A stretch of 64,000 nucleotides of DNA from Octopus sinensis (Eukaryota): assembly GCF_006345805.1 (NCBI RefSeq), contig NC_042999.1, forward strand, positions 51,522,001 through 51,586,000, written 5' to 3'. The notes under the pieces were generated by a model. It was given only the letters and a program-made list of their open reading frames with translations, was not told the DNA's origin and ran no database searches. Numbering within the stretch: position 1 is the first letter of the stretch; the number at the start of each line of letters is the position of its first letter. This document shows positions 12,719 through 26,184 of the stretch, in pieces. Made by a program: the position numbers and the translations under genes.

Positions 12719-13134
12719 GGATCTTTTCGGTTTGAACGGCAGTTTTTTAAAATAATTTCCACGTAACTAAAAAATTTTAAACTTCGTATACTGGTAGAAT
12801 GTGTTTATAAAACATCTTTTTTCTCTTGGCTTTATTGAGAAAATTCTATAGTTTGTAAGATATTTGTTGTTTTTTTTCTTCAATTTCTGCAATTTCAACC
12901 AATCAATGACGTCTATTGAGGTAAAACCATTCTGTGCCGTATGAATATGTCCCTCGTTTAAGAAACATATTGGGTTTATTTACATTTCTGAAGAAAAAAA
13001 GATACCCTTCCCCCACCCTAACCCTAACCCTAAAACAGATTGAAATGCAATAAATCGATACTAGGGTCATAATTATGGGTGACAATTTCATATGACACCG
13101 CTAGGAAAAACTGCCGTTCAAACCGAAAAGATCC
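12719..13134. mobile_element. MITE with GG-terminal TIRs and 8-bp TSD (Merlin-like), 416 bp
   Basis: TIR GGATCTTTTCGGTTTGAACGGCAGTTTTT at both ends. TSD AAGATCTT (12711-12718 / 13135-13142). Internal (CCCTAA)3 at 13016-13033. Confidence 0.8.
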
Positions 13135-13491
13135 AAGATCTTTGATACTATGCAGTACCGTCCAATTTAATGGTTAGTATAGCTTTCAATTCCAAAGTTG
13201 GGAGCTAGACTTTTCAGGATCTTCCATATGTATGTCAATGCATATTTTCATACTTTTTCTCTAGGGAGCAGAGTTTCAGTTCCTTTAGCCTCTTCCAGTG
13301 GCTCATCTGTTTCACCAAGTTAATCTTCTTTGTGCAGTGGTGCTGGATTACCTCGAGTTCCGCCACCCGTTTTACACTCTGCAGTGATCACAGTTGTGAG
13401 CAGTGACCCAGCAAATGTTCTCCATAAGAGTGGCATGGTTTCCTCTTTCCTGCATCTTAATGATCTCAAAATCCATCCAGCTATTCACCTG

Positions 13492-13897
13492 GGATCTTTT
13501 CGCTTTGACTGGCAGATTTTAAAAATAATTTCCATGTAACTAAACACTTTAAAACTTCGTATACTGGTAGTGTGTTACATAAAACATCTTTTTCTCTTGG
13601 CTTTCTTGAGAAAATTCTGTAGTTTGTAAGCTAGTTGTTGTTTAATTTCTTGCATTTCGGCAATTTCGACCAATCAATGACGTCTATTGAGGTGGAAACA
13701 ATAGACGTCATTGATTGGTTGAAATTGCCGAAATTGAAGAAAATATCTTACAAATATCTTACAAACAACAGAATTTTCTCAAGAAAGCCAAGAGAAAAAG
13801 ATGTTTTATAAACACATTCTACCAGTATACGAAGTTAAAAATTTTTTAGTTACATGGAAATTATTTTAAAAATCTGACGGTCAAAGCGAAAAGATCC
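13492..13897. mobile_element. Fold-back (palindromic) derivative of the same MITE, 406 bp
   Basis: Two inverted copies of the left ~198 bp of the MITE around a 9-nt spacer (13690-13698). TSD TTCACCTG (13484-13491 / 13898-13905). Confidence 0.85.
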
Positions 13898-14455
13898 TTC
13901 ACCTGGACAATGCTGCCAGCTTGATAATATACAAATCGAATGTTGCATCATTACACATAGTTTCTCAGGCCAAGCACAGACTCTGTCTCTGCAATTGAAC
14001 TATCCTCTGATTCTGTGTATTCCGATTGTAGTCTGTTTGCGGGCCGATTATGAAGTGCGTGAAACATCTCAGCATTGAACTACCTGTTATTTTCATCTGC
14101 CCATCTGCATATTGCTTTTACGACTTTCTGAAGTCGTACTATATCATCAGGATCCTTAACTGTCTGTGATACTTTTGTATCATCAGAATAGCTGGGGAGA
14201 GTAGCTGACGGTATGACTGAGGGCATGTCTGAGGGAATCGCCACAATAGTAGCGGAATCCCACAGGTGGCTGTACTGGAGTACAGCTACCTGCGGGATTC
14301 CGCTGAGAATTGATGTTTCCCAGAGAGAGCACAATTGGCTGCAACTCTCTGATTTCTGTACATACATACATACATACATACATACATACATACATACATA
14401 CATACATACATACATACACACATGCATTCATACTCACACACATACATACATACAT

Positions 14456-14990
14456 ATGAAACAAGAAATATCAACTAAATACCTGATGCCCAAAAGGAAT
14501 AGTGGGGCAGGAAAAGCAGTAATATGTGACAACCGATGCAAACTTTGTGGCGTTAACACCGAGATATCACCCATAGCTACTCATAATAAAAAGGAGTACT
14601 GGTGAAAACCCCTATAAAATGTAAGCACAACAGACCTTATCTAATGATTTGGGATGAGAAGAGAAACTATGCACAGTTGTGGAAATTCGCTGCCCAACGG
14701 ATGTTAACATAAAGTTGAAGATCAGTGAAAAAGAGAATACCTACGCTGAACTATTGAGGGATCTACAGCTACTCTATCCAGATTACAAGTTCTGGTGCTC
14801 AGCTGAGTGTTTTTCTATGTTGGAAAACAGATGATAACCAGAAAGAACCAAATCACTAACATAGGGAGGATGATCAACCAGTTCAAAGCCAGTCACATAC
14901 AGCAGCCATTGAAACGAAGGACTTGTGTGCTGAAGCATTGTCCTAATGAAACAAGACCACATTCATCAGTTTTTCTGGGTGTTTGGTCTT
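14456..14990 (+). mobile_element. R4/Dong LINE zinc finger plus restriction-like endonuclease remnant
   Basis: QEISTKYL...CDNRCKLC...KKEYW..KCKHNRPxLMIWD...VEIRCPTDVNIKLKISEKENTYAELLRDLQLLYPDYKF across frameshifts. Confidence 0.8.
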
Positions 14991-15397
14991 GATAACCTTT
15001 CATAACTGCCTTAGGAAGTTGGTATTGAAATTTTCCATTGATGGTGTGATCATTTTGAAGATAGCCAATAAACACAATATTTTTTTGCATTAATGCATAG
15101 TATATATAATAATGTGAAGTATATTTTGCATATTAAAATGTTTAATTTTGGAAATGTATCAAGCAGAGCTAAAATAAGCAGTAAAAATACAAATTGCAAA
15201 TATTTCAAAGTGTGGGACACTACATGACAACAACTAATAAAAAAGAAGAAGAAAATAATGGTGCTTGTGTTCCAAAGGTACAATGAAAAGGCTCAGGAGA
15301 AGGATAGAGAGATGGGGTAGAGGGAAGGAAGTTAGAAGGAAAGAAAAGAATGAAAAGTGAAAAGATAAACTGGGGATCTGAAACTAGGCAGGAAATT

Positions 15398-15588
15398 GGT
15401 CCCAGTGCCGGTGGCACGTAAAAACGGCACCCACTACACTCTCAGAGTGGTTGACGTTAGGAAGGGCATCCAGCTGTAGAAACACTGCCAGATCAGACTG
15501 GAGCCTGGTGCAGCCTCCTGGCTTCCCAGGTCCCAGTCGAACCATTCAACCTATTCCAGTATGGAAAATGGACATTAAACAATGATGT
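15398..15588 (+). mobile_element. Interspersed repeat family D (SINE/LINE-tail type)
   Basis: GGCGTTAGGAAGGGCATCCAGCTGTAGAAAC-like core and ATGATG tail; tail matches 113-150; recognised as a common octopus repeat. Confidence 0.6.
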
Positions 15589-16129
15589 CTTACCTATGCA
15601 CTGGTCAAGTAGAAAAACGATGAGTGATAAAAAATTGGATTGTCTTTTGGTACCAAAAAAGTGAAGAAAGAGAGTAGAGAAGGTTAGGGAAGAGCGAGTA
15701 GGAATAAATATAGACAGTGGGTAGTTGACAGAGATGGACAGAGGAAGAAATGGAAGGCAGTAAAGATAGAAAAGCAGCAGATAGGTAGAGAGGTAGATAG
15801 ATGGGAGAGGAGAAGGACAGAGAAATAGATAGGAAAGAGAGACAAATACTGAACACTGAGTGGGAACAGAAGTGAGTGTGTGACATTACATTGACTAACA
15901 GCTATAAAATGTTGCACAGAAAGTCAACACACACACATATATAAGGATGAAGGAAATTGTTGTATACAGTCGCATGAAACGATCGTACTGTGTTATCTCT
16001 GCATATCCTTGTTGCTTATTTTGATTATAATCACCTTATTTCAAATTATATCGATAATGCCAAACTAAATTCTGGTGCCTTCAACTTAAGTCCCACATTC
16101 GTTAAAATCTTTATATATACATATATATA

Positions 16130-16290
16130 GTAAATAAAATATCAAGAGCAGACACAAGAAAAAATAACAACGCAAAAACGTGGTATATACAAAGTATTAG
16201 CAGACGCTCAGGAAAAGAAAGTTGAGTTTACGTTTCGAGCAAAGCTCTTCTTAAGAAACAGGAGACAGAGGAAAGTCTCCAACAAGGGAT
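16130..16290 (-). mobile_element. PLE-like terminal cassette with degenerate hammerhead motif
   Basis: Related to 31371-31580 and 49405-49618. Minus strand GTTT-CTTAAGA-A-GAGC(TTT)GCTC-GAAAC-GTA-AAC at 16226-16259. Confidence 0.6.
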
Positions 16291-16760
16291 GAATCTTGAA
16301 TGCTCGAAGTTTGCGCAAGAGACGTCAGTGATTAACGGAGTCAAACGCCTTTGCCAAGTCCAAAAATACCACGCCCACCAAGTCTTTTTCATCCATGGTC
16401 CTTGTAATCCATTCTTCAAGAAGGAGAAGATTTGTTAGGCAAGATCTTCAGGGTAGAAATCCATGCTACGAGTCGGATATTTCTTTGTACCATATACAGA
16501 TAATTGTATAATGCTTTGGTTGGAAATAGCTGTGGGAATGACATGAACATTGTGAATAAAAACAAAGTCAAGTATGCTATTGGACGGGTAATAATTTGTT
16601 GCATGGGAAAGTCTTTTGTTGTATCGAGGAAAGGGTTCATATCCCTCCACTTCAGTTGCTTAGTTCCAGGCTGGATATAATCCTCGTACCAGCTAAGATT
16701 AGTAAAATTAAAGACCCTTGTTAAAAGCATATTAGCCTGTGTGTTGGCCTCAGCTAGGGT
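16285..16760 (-). mobile_element. CR1-type LINE, endonuclease C-terminus fused by deletion to RT
   Basis: FNFTNLSW...FLDTTKDFPMQQIITRP, then HGFLPxRSCLTNLLLLEEWITRTMDEKDLVGVVFLDLAKAFDSVNH. Confidence 0.75.
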
Positions 16761-18024
16761 TAGACTTATGAGTAAAAAAAAAATGCACCTCTGAAGTGAT
16801 CTTCTTGGTTAACCGCGTCAGGATGACGGTAGGTAATGCTTTTAATATAATTTCCTTTTTATATAAATTAGTCTGAAATTGACGAATACATTTCTTTGCA
16901 AATTAGGTAATTTCGGGATTGGTCTGCAATCATTTATAGTTAAATGTTTCCTTTCAAAATCTTTTTTTTTATTAAGATGGACTAGTATTTCGAATGAGCA
17001 ATAAGTATCAAAGCATTTAACAATGAGCATTAAATATCAAAGATAAAAACAAATAATTTTGTTCCCTTGTCAAACTTTGGACCTAACAACCTAAATGAGA
17101 AAACCGATATGACTGAAAGAATTTTTAAAGGGCTTTTATTTTTAGGCTGAGGTCAAACAGTCGAATCCATTCAACCATGTCGTCAGTCTTTAGCAACATC
17201 AACTACAAAGAACTTGAGAGAGGTGACAGACTGAGAGAGGACAAGAACCTTCACACATTTTCAGTATTGCAAGATTTTGGAGTTATTTTTGTCAGAATAG
17301 AGCTGTCTTCAAGAATCCAAGTAATGCTATGTATTGAAGAGTAGCCGTAGATGCTGGTCATGTTGTTGTTCTTGTTGTTTGCTGCTACTGTTGTTGTTGT
17401 CACATACTTTTTATTTTGATGCTACTTTGCTTCAGAAGTTGGTTAGTCATAAATTCCCTTGGGAATTTTAAGCCCAGCTTCATCACTTATATTTATTTAT
17501 TTTGGTTCTTTGTTTTTGTTTTGAAACGAAATCTAGCTTCAAGCATCTCATACAGATAATGTTTTAGACACTATTTTCTGAAACTGGCAAAATTATGTAG
17601 GGGGTGCAAATTTTGATCTTGCACCACCTGAAAATTCCAAGGGGTACACCCGCTGCACCCCTTGTTCTCGGACCCTTGATTACTGGAACTGTAAATATTT
17701 GTAAAACTTGCCGGAAGTTTATCATTTAAATATATATGCGCATGTCTAGATACGCAACTATATGCATGGGAATACATTCATAGAACAAAACATACAAGTC
17801 TCAACAAGCACTGACCCAAACACTGAACTTATTCACACAAACATGGAAAAGAACCCTGTTGGTGTTGTTGAAATTCCAAAGAAGGAGCCTTGGATCTAGG
17901 TTAGAACCTGACTTTCCCTATTGGCAAGAAATCTTGAAATAAAACTGAACAATGACATACATACATACATACATACATACATACATACATACATACATAC
18001 ATGCATATACATATATACATACAA

Positions 18025-18059
<35 letters not shown>

Positions 18060-19066
18060 ATACCTACACACACACACACACACACAGAAGCCTGACTTAA
18101 AAATTATCTGACTAATTTCTCCGTGGAAGGATAATCATTAAAACATCCCAGGGTACCTAAGAAACATATGTTCCAAAGTTCGTTGTATCTTGGTCATTAT
18201 GCAAATAATTCTTTTCTTTCTCCCATAAACACAAGAACCGACATTTTTGACGGAAGGGTCTTTGGGGGAAGGGTTCAGCCGATTATATCGAACCCGGTGC
18301 TAAACTGGCCCTTATCGACTCCGGAGGGATAAAAGTTAAAGTTGCTGGTATTTGAACTCAGGACATAAAGAGCCGGAAGAAATGTTACTAAGCATTTTCT
18401 CCGACGTTCTAAAGATTTTGCCAGTTCAAACACACACGTTGGTTCCATTTCACGTCTTATTTTATTTCTATTTATCAATTGGTTAACTAATTAACCAATT
18501 AACTCGGTAATCAATCGATTGTCTGATTAATCGTTCGGTCAATCAGTCAACCAGCAAGGTTTGTCAAAGTTCCTTCGTCGCTATTCGCGACTTCACCAAT
18601 GATATGCCTTCTCTGCTCCAAGTCTGTTTCAGACATTTCAATTAATTAAAACCACAAAAACAGTAACTGAAAGCAATTAGAGATCTTAATGACTAATTTT
18701 GATAGGAACAAATTAAAATTAAATTGAATATAGAAAATAGTGGGGAATGTTTAGTAATTACAGTATCAACTGTAGACATGTTTCAGTGTTATTAAACCTC
18801 ATCAATGAACCATAACCTAACTGTCACCATACTGTTAAACATTTCACACACTCCCTACTGCAATTCTTATGTCTCCCTGCTGTCAGATCAGCAGGCTTAG
18901 TATTAATAAAGTTGTAATCTTATATTTTTAATAAGAATCGGATCTCTGTCTTTCTCTCCCTCACGTCTATTAGAGGGATGGGTCGAAGGGGAGGAATCAA
19001 AATATATGTCAAGATGTGTGTTTAGAAGAAGGAGAGGAGAAAAAGTTGTTGTTACGAGAGAAACAC

Positions 19067-19069
<3 letters not shown>

Positions 19070-19118
<49 letters not shown>

Positions 19119-19434
19119 AGAGGGAGAGAGAGACACTGTGTGTGTGTATATGTGTGTGTGCGCGTGAAAGATAGATAGAGAGGTAGTGCTATCACCATAG
19201 TAACTAACTATCAACACAACGCAGGACAGCTTAAAAAAACTTTCGTTATATAACAATTTAGATATTTTTTTGGTTGTTTGTGTGTGGTGTATTTCTGTGC
19301 GTGTGTGTCTGTATGTTTCTGTATGTATTTCAACATAGAAATAACGCAACACATATTTAAAAAAAAAAAGACTCATTATAATGACAGGTCGTTGTTGCTG
19401 TTGTTGAAAGAAATTCAGAGATAGATAGAAAGAT

Positions 19435-19473
<39 letters not shown>

Positions 19474-19529
19474 AAGAGAGAGAGAGAGAGAGAGAGAATG
19501 AGAGGGAGAGACGGAAAGCGAGAGAGAGA

Positions 19530-19589
<60 letters not shown>

Positions 19590-19660
19590 ATGTGAAAGAT
19601 AGATAGAGAGGTAGACTGTTGTCATCATAGTAACTAACGAGACTTTCACTGTATAACAAT
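19070..19660. repeat. Diverged direct duplication of a (GA)n-(GT)n-unique block
   Basis: GAATGAGAGGGAGAGA..(GT)n..GTGAAAGATAGATAGAGAGGTAG..CATAGTAACTAAC..TATAACAATTT occurs at ~19070-19260 and ~19435-19660. Confidence 0.8.
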
Positions 19661-19759
19661 TTACTATTAAAAGAAGGCACGTGCATGATTAATAAATATT
19701 CTTAGCGGCCGCGTAGCGACGGATAAAAAAATCTCGTAAAAATTGACACGTTTTATTCT

Positions 19760-19970
19760 CTCTTTACTCTTTTACTCTTTTACTTGTTTCAGTCATTTGA
19801 CTGCGGCCATGCTGGAGCACCGCCTTTTTAGTCGAACAAATCGACCCCGGGACTTATTCTTTGTAAGCCCAGTACTTATTCTATCGGTCTCTTTTTGCCG
19901 AACCGCTAAGTGACGGGGACGTAAACACACCAGCATCGGTTGTCAAGCAATGCTAGGGGGACAAACACAG

Positions 19971-20007
<37 letters not shown>

Positions 20008-20184
20008 AATATACATATATACGACAGGCTTCTTTCAGTTTCCGTCTACCAAATCCACTCACAAGGCATTGGTCGGCCCGGGGCTATAGCAGAAGACACT
20101 TGCCTAAGATGCCACGCAGTGGGACTGAACCCGCAACCATGTGGTTGGTTAACAAGCTACTTACCACACAGCCACTCCTGCGCC
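19760..20184 (-). mobile_element. SINE family A, full length
   Basis: Reverse complement of 11649-12110. Confidence 0.92.
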
Positions 20185-20412
20185 TATTATTAGCATGTTT
20201 ATTATAATGGGTTCAAACTATAGCACAGAAGCAGCAATTTCGGGGCAGGAAATACGTCGATCAACTGTAATCAACTGGTGATTATTTTATCAAACCCCAA
20301 AGGGTGAAAGACAGAGTCGCCCCCGACGGCAATTGAACTCAGAACGTAAAGACGGGAGAAATGGCGCGGTAACAATTCTACCAGCTCATATCATTAACTA
20401 TACAGTTATAAT

Positions 20413-20758
20413 CGGAGACCCCCTTCGGTCACGACACAGACCATGGGATTGCACCTAGAGAAGTTACCCTCCTAGACACAAGTCCGGGCAAGGTTGTTTT
20501 TATGGAAGACCAGCAGTCGCCCATGCATACCAGCCTCCCCTCTCCACGCCACCAGTGTTATCCAAGGGAAAGACAAAGGTCGATGCAGCTTGGCACCAGT
20601 GACGTCGCAACTCATTTCAACAGCTGAGCGAACTGGAGCAACGTGAAATAAAGTGCTTTGCTCAAGAACACAACACGCAGCCCGGTCCGGGATTCGAACT
20701 CACAACCGCACGATCGTAAGCTCGACGCTCCTCTAACCACTGAGCCATGCGCCTTCAC
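20413..20758 (-). mobile_element. tRNA-derived SINE family F with 12-bp TSD
   Basis: TSD TACAGTTATAAT (20401-20412 / 20759-20770). Minus-strand A-box TGGCTCAGTGG and B-box GAGTTCGAATCC. Confidence 0.88.
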
Positions 20759-21117
20759 TACAGTTATAATATTAATTAGATAATCATGACGTCATTGCTA
20801 CAGCTGTAAAATGGATGAGATAAAGATGTTGTTTCATTACTATGGTTAATATTTATTAAACTCCGTATTTATAAATTACAGTGAGGATGTTAACTCCTTC
20901 GTACATTCAGCCTCCACATCTCTTCTCATATGCATAAACTCATACAAATGTTAAGTAGAGTCGTTAGAACTGGGAGAATTATTGACTCCAGAACGATAAC
21001 AGGTAACCCAGAGCATAAGAATCTGGCCAAAATACAGCAAGACAATCTAGGGAAGTAATTTTTTCTTGCCAGTTCTTATCGTTCTGGGCTCAAACCCCGT
21101 TTGGATTTACTCCCTAA

Positions 21118-21165
<48 letters not shown>

Positions 21166-22678
21166 TATATGGGTAATAGATTTCATCCATAGATAGTTCT
21201 TCACACCATACCTCTGGACCTTGGATACCTTCAGTGGAGTGGGCTCCCCTGCAACTATTGAGATCAGGATTTCAGCCTGAAGATAACTAACTCCCTCACT
21301 CTCACCCATCTGTCCTAGAGGACCCTACAAAGGGTGGGAGTAGGGTATTTTCCCTTCCCCTTCATTATGCAAAGTTATATAATAAAGATTAGAAGAATAT
21401 TGTACATTGGGCATCGGAGCATTCTTGATTATATCTAAAATTTCCTGCGTATTTTCTACCCCAATCGCAGAATCCTCCTCCTCCTCTCAAGCACCGTCCT
21501 CTAACCTTTCCCCTTATTAAACTATCTCTCAATTAATATTCCTCGCTAATTTGCTATCAATTACTTCAACTAAATTTATTTGATCAAAGATCCAGGTCTT
21601 TTGAAGGTTGTAAAAGTAGATTGTATTCTTCCTAGCAACAAAGGTTGAGGTGAATCTGTTAGGCTGACTGCAAGGGGTTAACTTCATAAAAATCTATTGA
21701 TTTGGGGGGTAAAAACTGAACGATTTAAGTTAATAAAGGAAGAGTGAAGGTGGAGTTGAGAGAAAATGTAACAGTTTTAGCTTTAGAATATCTTCAAGTT
21801 ACAACCGAAACCTCAGCTGGGAAGAACAACAATATTGACAAAAGTTGTGGAATGCTAGTATCTTGGAGAAATTCTTTCATTATAGTTTGAGTAGTAGTAG
21901 TAGCAATCGTAGTAGTAGTAGTAGTTGTTGTTATAACAGTAACAGTAGTAGTAATCTTAGTAGTAGTAGCAGCACTCGTAGTACATCAGGTTTAAAGATC
22001 TTTTTTCTTTCAGACCAATTTATGACTTACATTTACGACATTGATGATAACTTCAGTTAGTTCTTCGTAGAGATCTGACTTGGTACGGATGTTTAATTTA
22101 AGGTTCAATGTAGCTAGTCAGATGTGGTGGTTGACACGAAGCCAGGTAGGTGTACGGCATTTGGATCGAGTTGCGATTTGTAAGTCGTCACTTCAACACT
22201 TATTCGATTTCAAGATTTGTACTTAGAAAATTATTTTCTGAATCAAAATATGGCGTTAAGAAAGGAAGGCTATTAGAACCCCCACCCCCTTAAAAACCAG
22301 CTTTTAGAGAAAATATTTAAGAAGTTACCATTGAATTAAAGTATCTCACTATTACTGGTTGAGAGAGAAACTATTTGTTGTAGTGTTCTGACATAAGAAT
22401 ATAAGATTATTGTGTTATAGAGGAACATATGCCTGTTATAACAGTATAGCGTCATTAAGTGTGTGCCCCAGCAGGGTCTCAATGCTGAAACATATAAAAG
22501 AATAAGCTTGTAGAATAGTGTAGATCTATTAGAGGAAAATAAGAAACCGTGTTCTCAAAGTCAATAAAATATTTTCTTGCTTCAAAAATCTCTTCCCCGC
22601 TACCGACTGATAATTTCTTTTTACCCTTCTGCAAAATCCATTTCGATTACTCTTGGAGTAACATAAGTATATATATAT

Positions 22679-22906
22679 ATTTTCTACCCACAAGGGGCAA
22701 AACACAGAGGGGACATACAAGGATAGACAAACGGATTAAGTCGATTACATCGACTCCAGTGCGTAACTGGCGCTTAATTTATCGACCCCCAAAGGATGAA
22801 AGGCAAATTCGACCTCGGCTCAATTTGAACTCAGAACGTAACGGCAGACGAAATACGGCTACGCATTTCGCCAAGCGTGCTAACGTTTCTGCCAGCTCGC
22901 CGTCTT
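22679..22906 (-). mobile_element. SINE family B, full length (tail type X)
   Basis: Reverse complement of unit 1 of the 23881 array. Confidence 0.88.
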
Positions 22907-22917
22907 GACACAAAAAA

Positions 22918-23422
<505 letters not shown>

Positions 23423-23880
23423 GTATATATATATATATACAGCTCACACAAACACACCTCTTTAATGAGTATTTTCTTTAGAAATATTAAAGAAAAATGT
23501 TCTTTTGGAAGAGTCGATTGTTAATTGGGACTTCGAAAGGTTCAATGGGCTTTTGAGGAAGAAACAACAACAAACTTCAAATGCTAAGCGTGATGGACCT
23601 CAGTTGATTTGTGGAGGGAAATCTGTTTAAAAGGAAATTTTGAGGATGTAAAGATGTTGAGTTAGAAATAATATTTAGGTTAAAATCTGTCATCAAGGGA
23701 TCAATTAATTTATTGATTGCAATGTATTGATTGAAACAACGGTGATTGATTTAAAGGTAAACCTTTTTGTTTTACAAGTCATTAGTCCCGACTGAGCAGA
23801 CTTCACGTCAAAGGCTTTCTCACCGCCACCTTCCTGTCTTTTGTATATTCTTGCTAAATGCAGATAAAGAAATCGTTATT

Positions 23881-24817
23881 AAGGCGGCGAGCTGGCAGAA
23901 TCGTTAGCACGCCGGGCGGAATGCTTAGCGGTGTTTCGTCTGCCGCTACGTTCTGAGGTCAAATTCCGCCGAGGTCGACTTTGCCTTTCATCCTTTCGGG
24001 GTCGATTAAATAAGTACCAGCTATGAAACTGGGGTCGATGTAATCGACTTAATACCTATGTCTGTCCTTGTTTGTCCCCTCTGTGTTTAGCCCCTTGTGG
24101 CTAGTAAAGAAATAGGTATTTCGTCAGCCGCTACTTTCTGAGTTCAAATTCCACCGAGGTCGACTTTGCCTTTCATCCTTTCGGGGTCGATTAAATAAGT
24201 ACCAGTTACGCACTTAATCCGTTTGTCTGTCCTTGTTTGTCTCTTCTGTGTTTAGCCCCTTGTGGGTAGTAAAGAAATAGGTATTTCGTCAGCCGCTACA
24301 TTCTAAGTTCAAATTCCGCCGAGGTCGATTTTGCCTTTCATCCTTTCGGGGTCGATTAAATAAGTACCAGTTACGCACTGGGGTCGATGTAATCGACTTA
24401 ATCCGTTTGTCTGTCCTTGTTTGTCCCTTCTGTGTTTAGCCCCTTGTGGGTAGTAAAGCAATAGGTATTTCGTCTGCCACTGCGTTCTGAGTTCAAATTC
24501 CGCCGAGGACGACTTTATCTTTCATCGGGGTCGATTAAATAAATACCAGTTATGCACTGGGGTCGATATAATCGACTTAATCCGTTTGTCTGTCCTTGTT
24601 TGTTCTCTCTGTGTTTAGCCCCTTGTGGGTAGTAAAAAAATAGGTATTTCGTCTGCCGTTACGTTCTGAGTTGAAATTCCGTCGAGGTAGACTTTGCCTT
24701 TCACTTTTTTGGGGCCGATAAAATAAGTAGCAGTTGAATACTGGAGTCTATGTAATTGACTTACCTTCCCTCCCCCAACCGAAACTGCTGGCCTTGTGCC
24801 AAAATTTTAAACCAATA
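23881..24817 (+). mobile_element. SINE family B tandem array: one head plus five body units
   Basis: Units start at GGT(A/G)TTTCGTC at 23930, 24115, 24280, 24464 and 24643. Units 1-4 carry tail X, unit 5 carries tail Y. Confidence 0.92.
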
Positions 24818-26184
24818 CTTTGTTGTTATTGAAGTGAAATACTTTGAATCTGCCTTTCTCTCTTCAAACCTGTTTATTTAAGAAAGAAGTGATGTCAGAG
24901 ATGTAAGATCGAAACCCTGTTGTAAACAAGAGCGACTTCTAAGGGCCCAACAAGAAACAGGGGAAGTTATATCAAACTATGAATCCTCAATAAAAAATGT
25001 TAGACTTAATTAGATTAAAATGACTTGAACTGAAATTTAATTTGCTGGCCATACTATTATTAAATAGTACTCTGTGATAGACGTAATTCTATTCTTTAAT
25101 TATTGTTGCTAAGGAACAAATTTAGAAATTTATAGGAGAGAGTACATAGAATACTGCCCAGTGTCGGGGATATTTTCAGGGGTTAGACTGGGTGAAGTGA
25201 GCCCTGGATGTAATTTATTTGCTATTAATAGTTGCTAATGACGGCGACAGGGATAGTTCAATATTCAGATGATGGAAATATGATTATTGGGAAGAATGAA
25301 AAAGGATAAGAGAAGAAAAATAAGCCGAGAAAGTGAATCACTGTAGACTGAGACTGCTACACTAAATAGTGGTAAATAAACAACGAAAAGGCATCCATTG
25401 ATTTACCGATTCCTCACAGGAAAATATTCAAAACCAGAAAACTCTTTTTCTTTCCAGCCTATGTAAGCAGAGGATAAACGTTTGATCGAAGCATTTTTTA
25501 TATTGATTTTATCGATCCTATTATACCCTTGCCAGTAGCATAAACATTCTCGGACATTTGTGATAAGCAGACCTGGAAACACAATTTAATAGAAAAAAAA
25601 ATTACATTTATTAAGTGCAGTCAGTGTGTCGACTTCATTGTTTGTATGTCTTTGTTCGGAGTTGGTCTTTTGGTCTGTGCTAATGTTTAACTCAAGGTCT
25701 GCTTATTTCAAAAGATAAATATTCCATCATTGTTATCGCGTTTATTGTGGAGTTGTAATGACGGAAACAGAGACTAAGAGAATGTGTTGGCAGCGTGAGA
25801 TCGTATCTTACGATTGGCATAGCGATGGCTGGAGGAGAACGTGTTAAGTGTCTTCTGTTATAAACTTATCTGACAGAAAAACAGACGAACAGACAGAAAC
25901 TGATTCAGTGATAGAGTCTTGGACTAAAGATCGATTCGCAATTAGGTGCTTAATAGAGCTGAGATCGAATCTTCATGGGGAACGACTTAGCGATAGAGTA
26001 TTGAACCAGAAATCGATTTGTGTGCAATTCGGTGGTTAATAGGACTGAGATCGAAACTTTTTCGCCAGAACGGAATAGATTGTACGATGTCTCTGAGAAG
26101 TGATTGTTAGATTTATAGACATTTACCACATTGGTACCATGAGCATCAAAAACTCATCTCTATATCTCTATAAATAATAATCGC

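Larger units (their letters stand above)
12545..14345 (-). mobile_element. CR1/Jockey-group LINE RT and C-terminus, degraded, split by two MITEs
   Basis: SGIPQ...SDMPS...SYSDDTK...LQKVVKAICRWADENN (RT 4-6); YALTYIWKIL..LAPNFGI; FRGPQLFNILP..LR...VDVFKERLD. Reading continues across both MITE insertions. Confidence 0.8.

Noticed and set aside
17560-17720. GGGGTGC/GCACCCC motifs like hAT subterminal repeats
   Set aside because: No partner TIR or TSD found.
21100-21120. 21-bp inverted match to 23077-23097 suggesting a 2-kb TIR element
   Set aside because: No TSD; better explained as two independent remnants of one repeat family.
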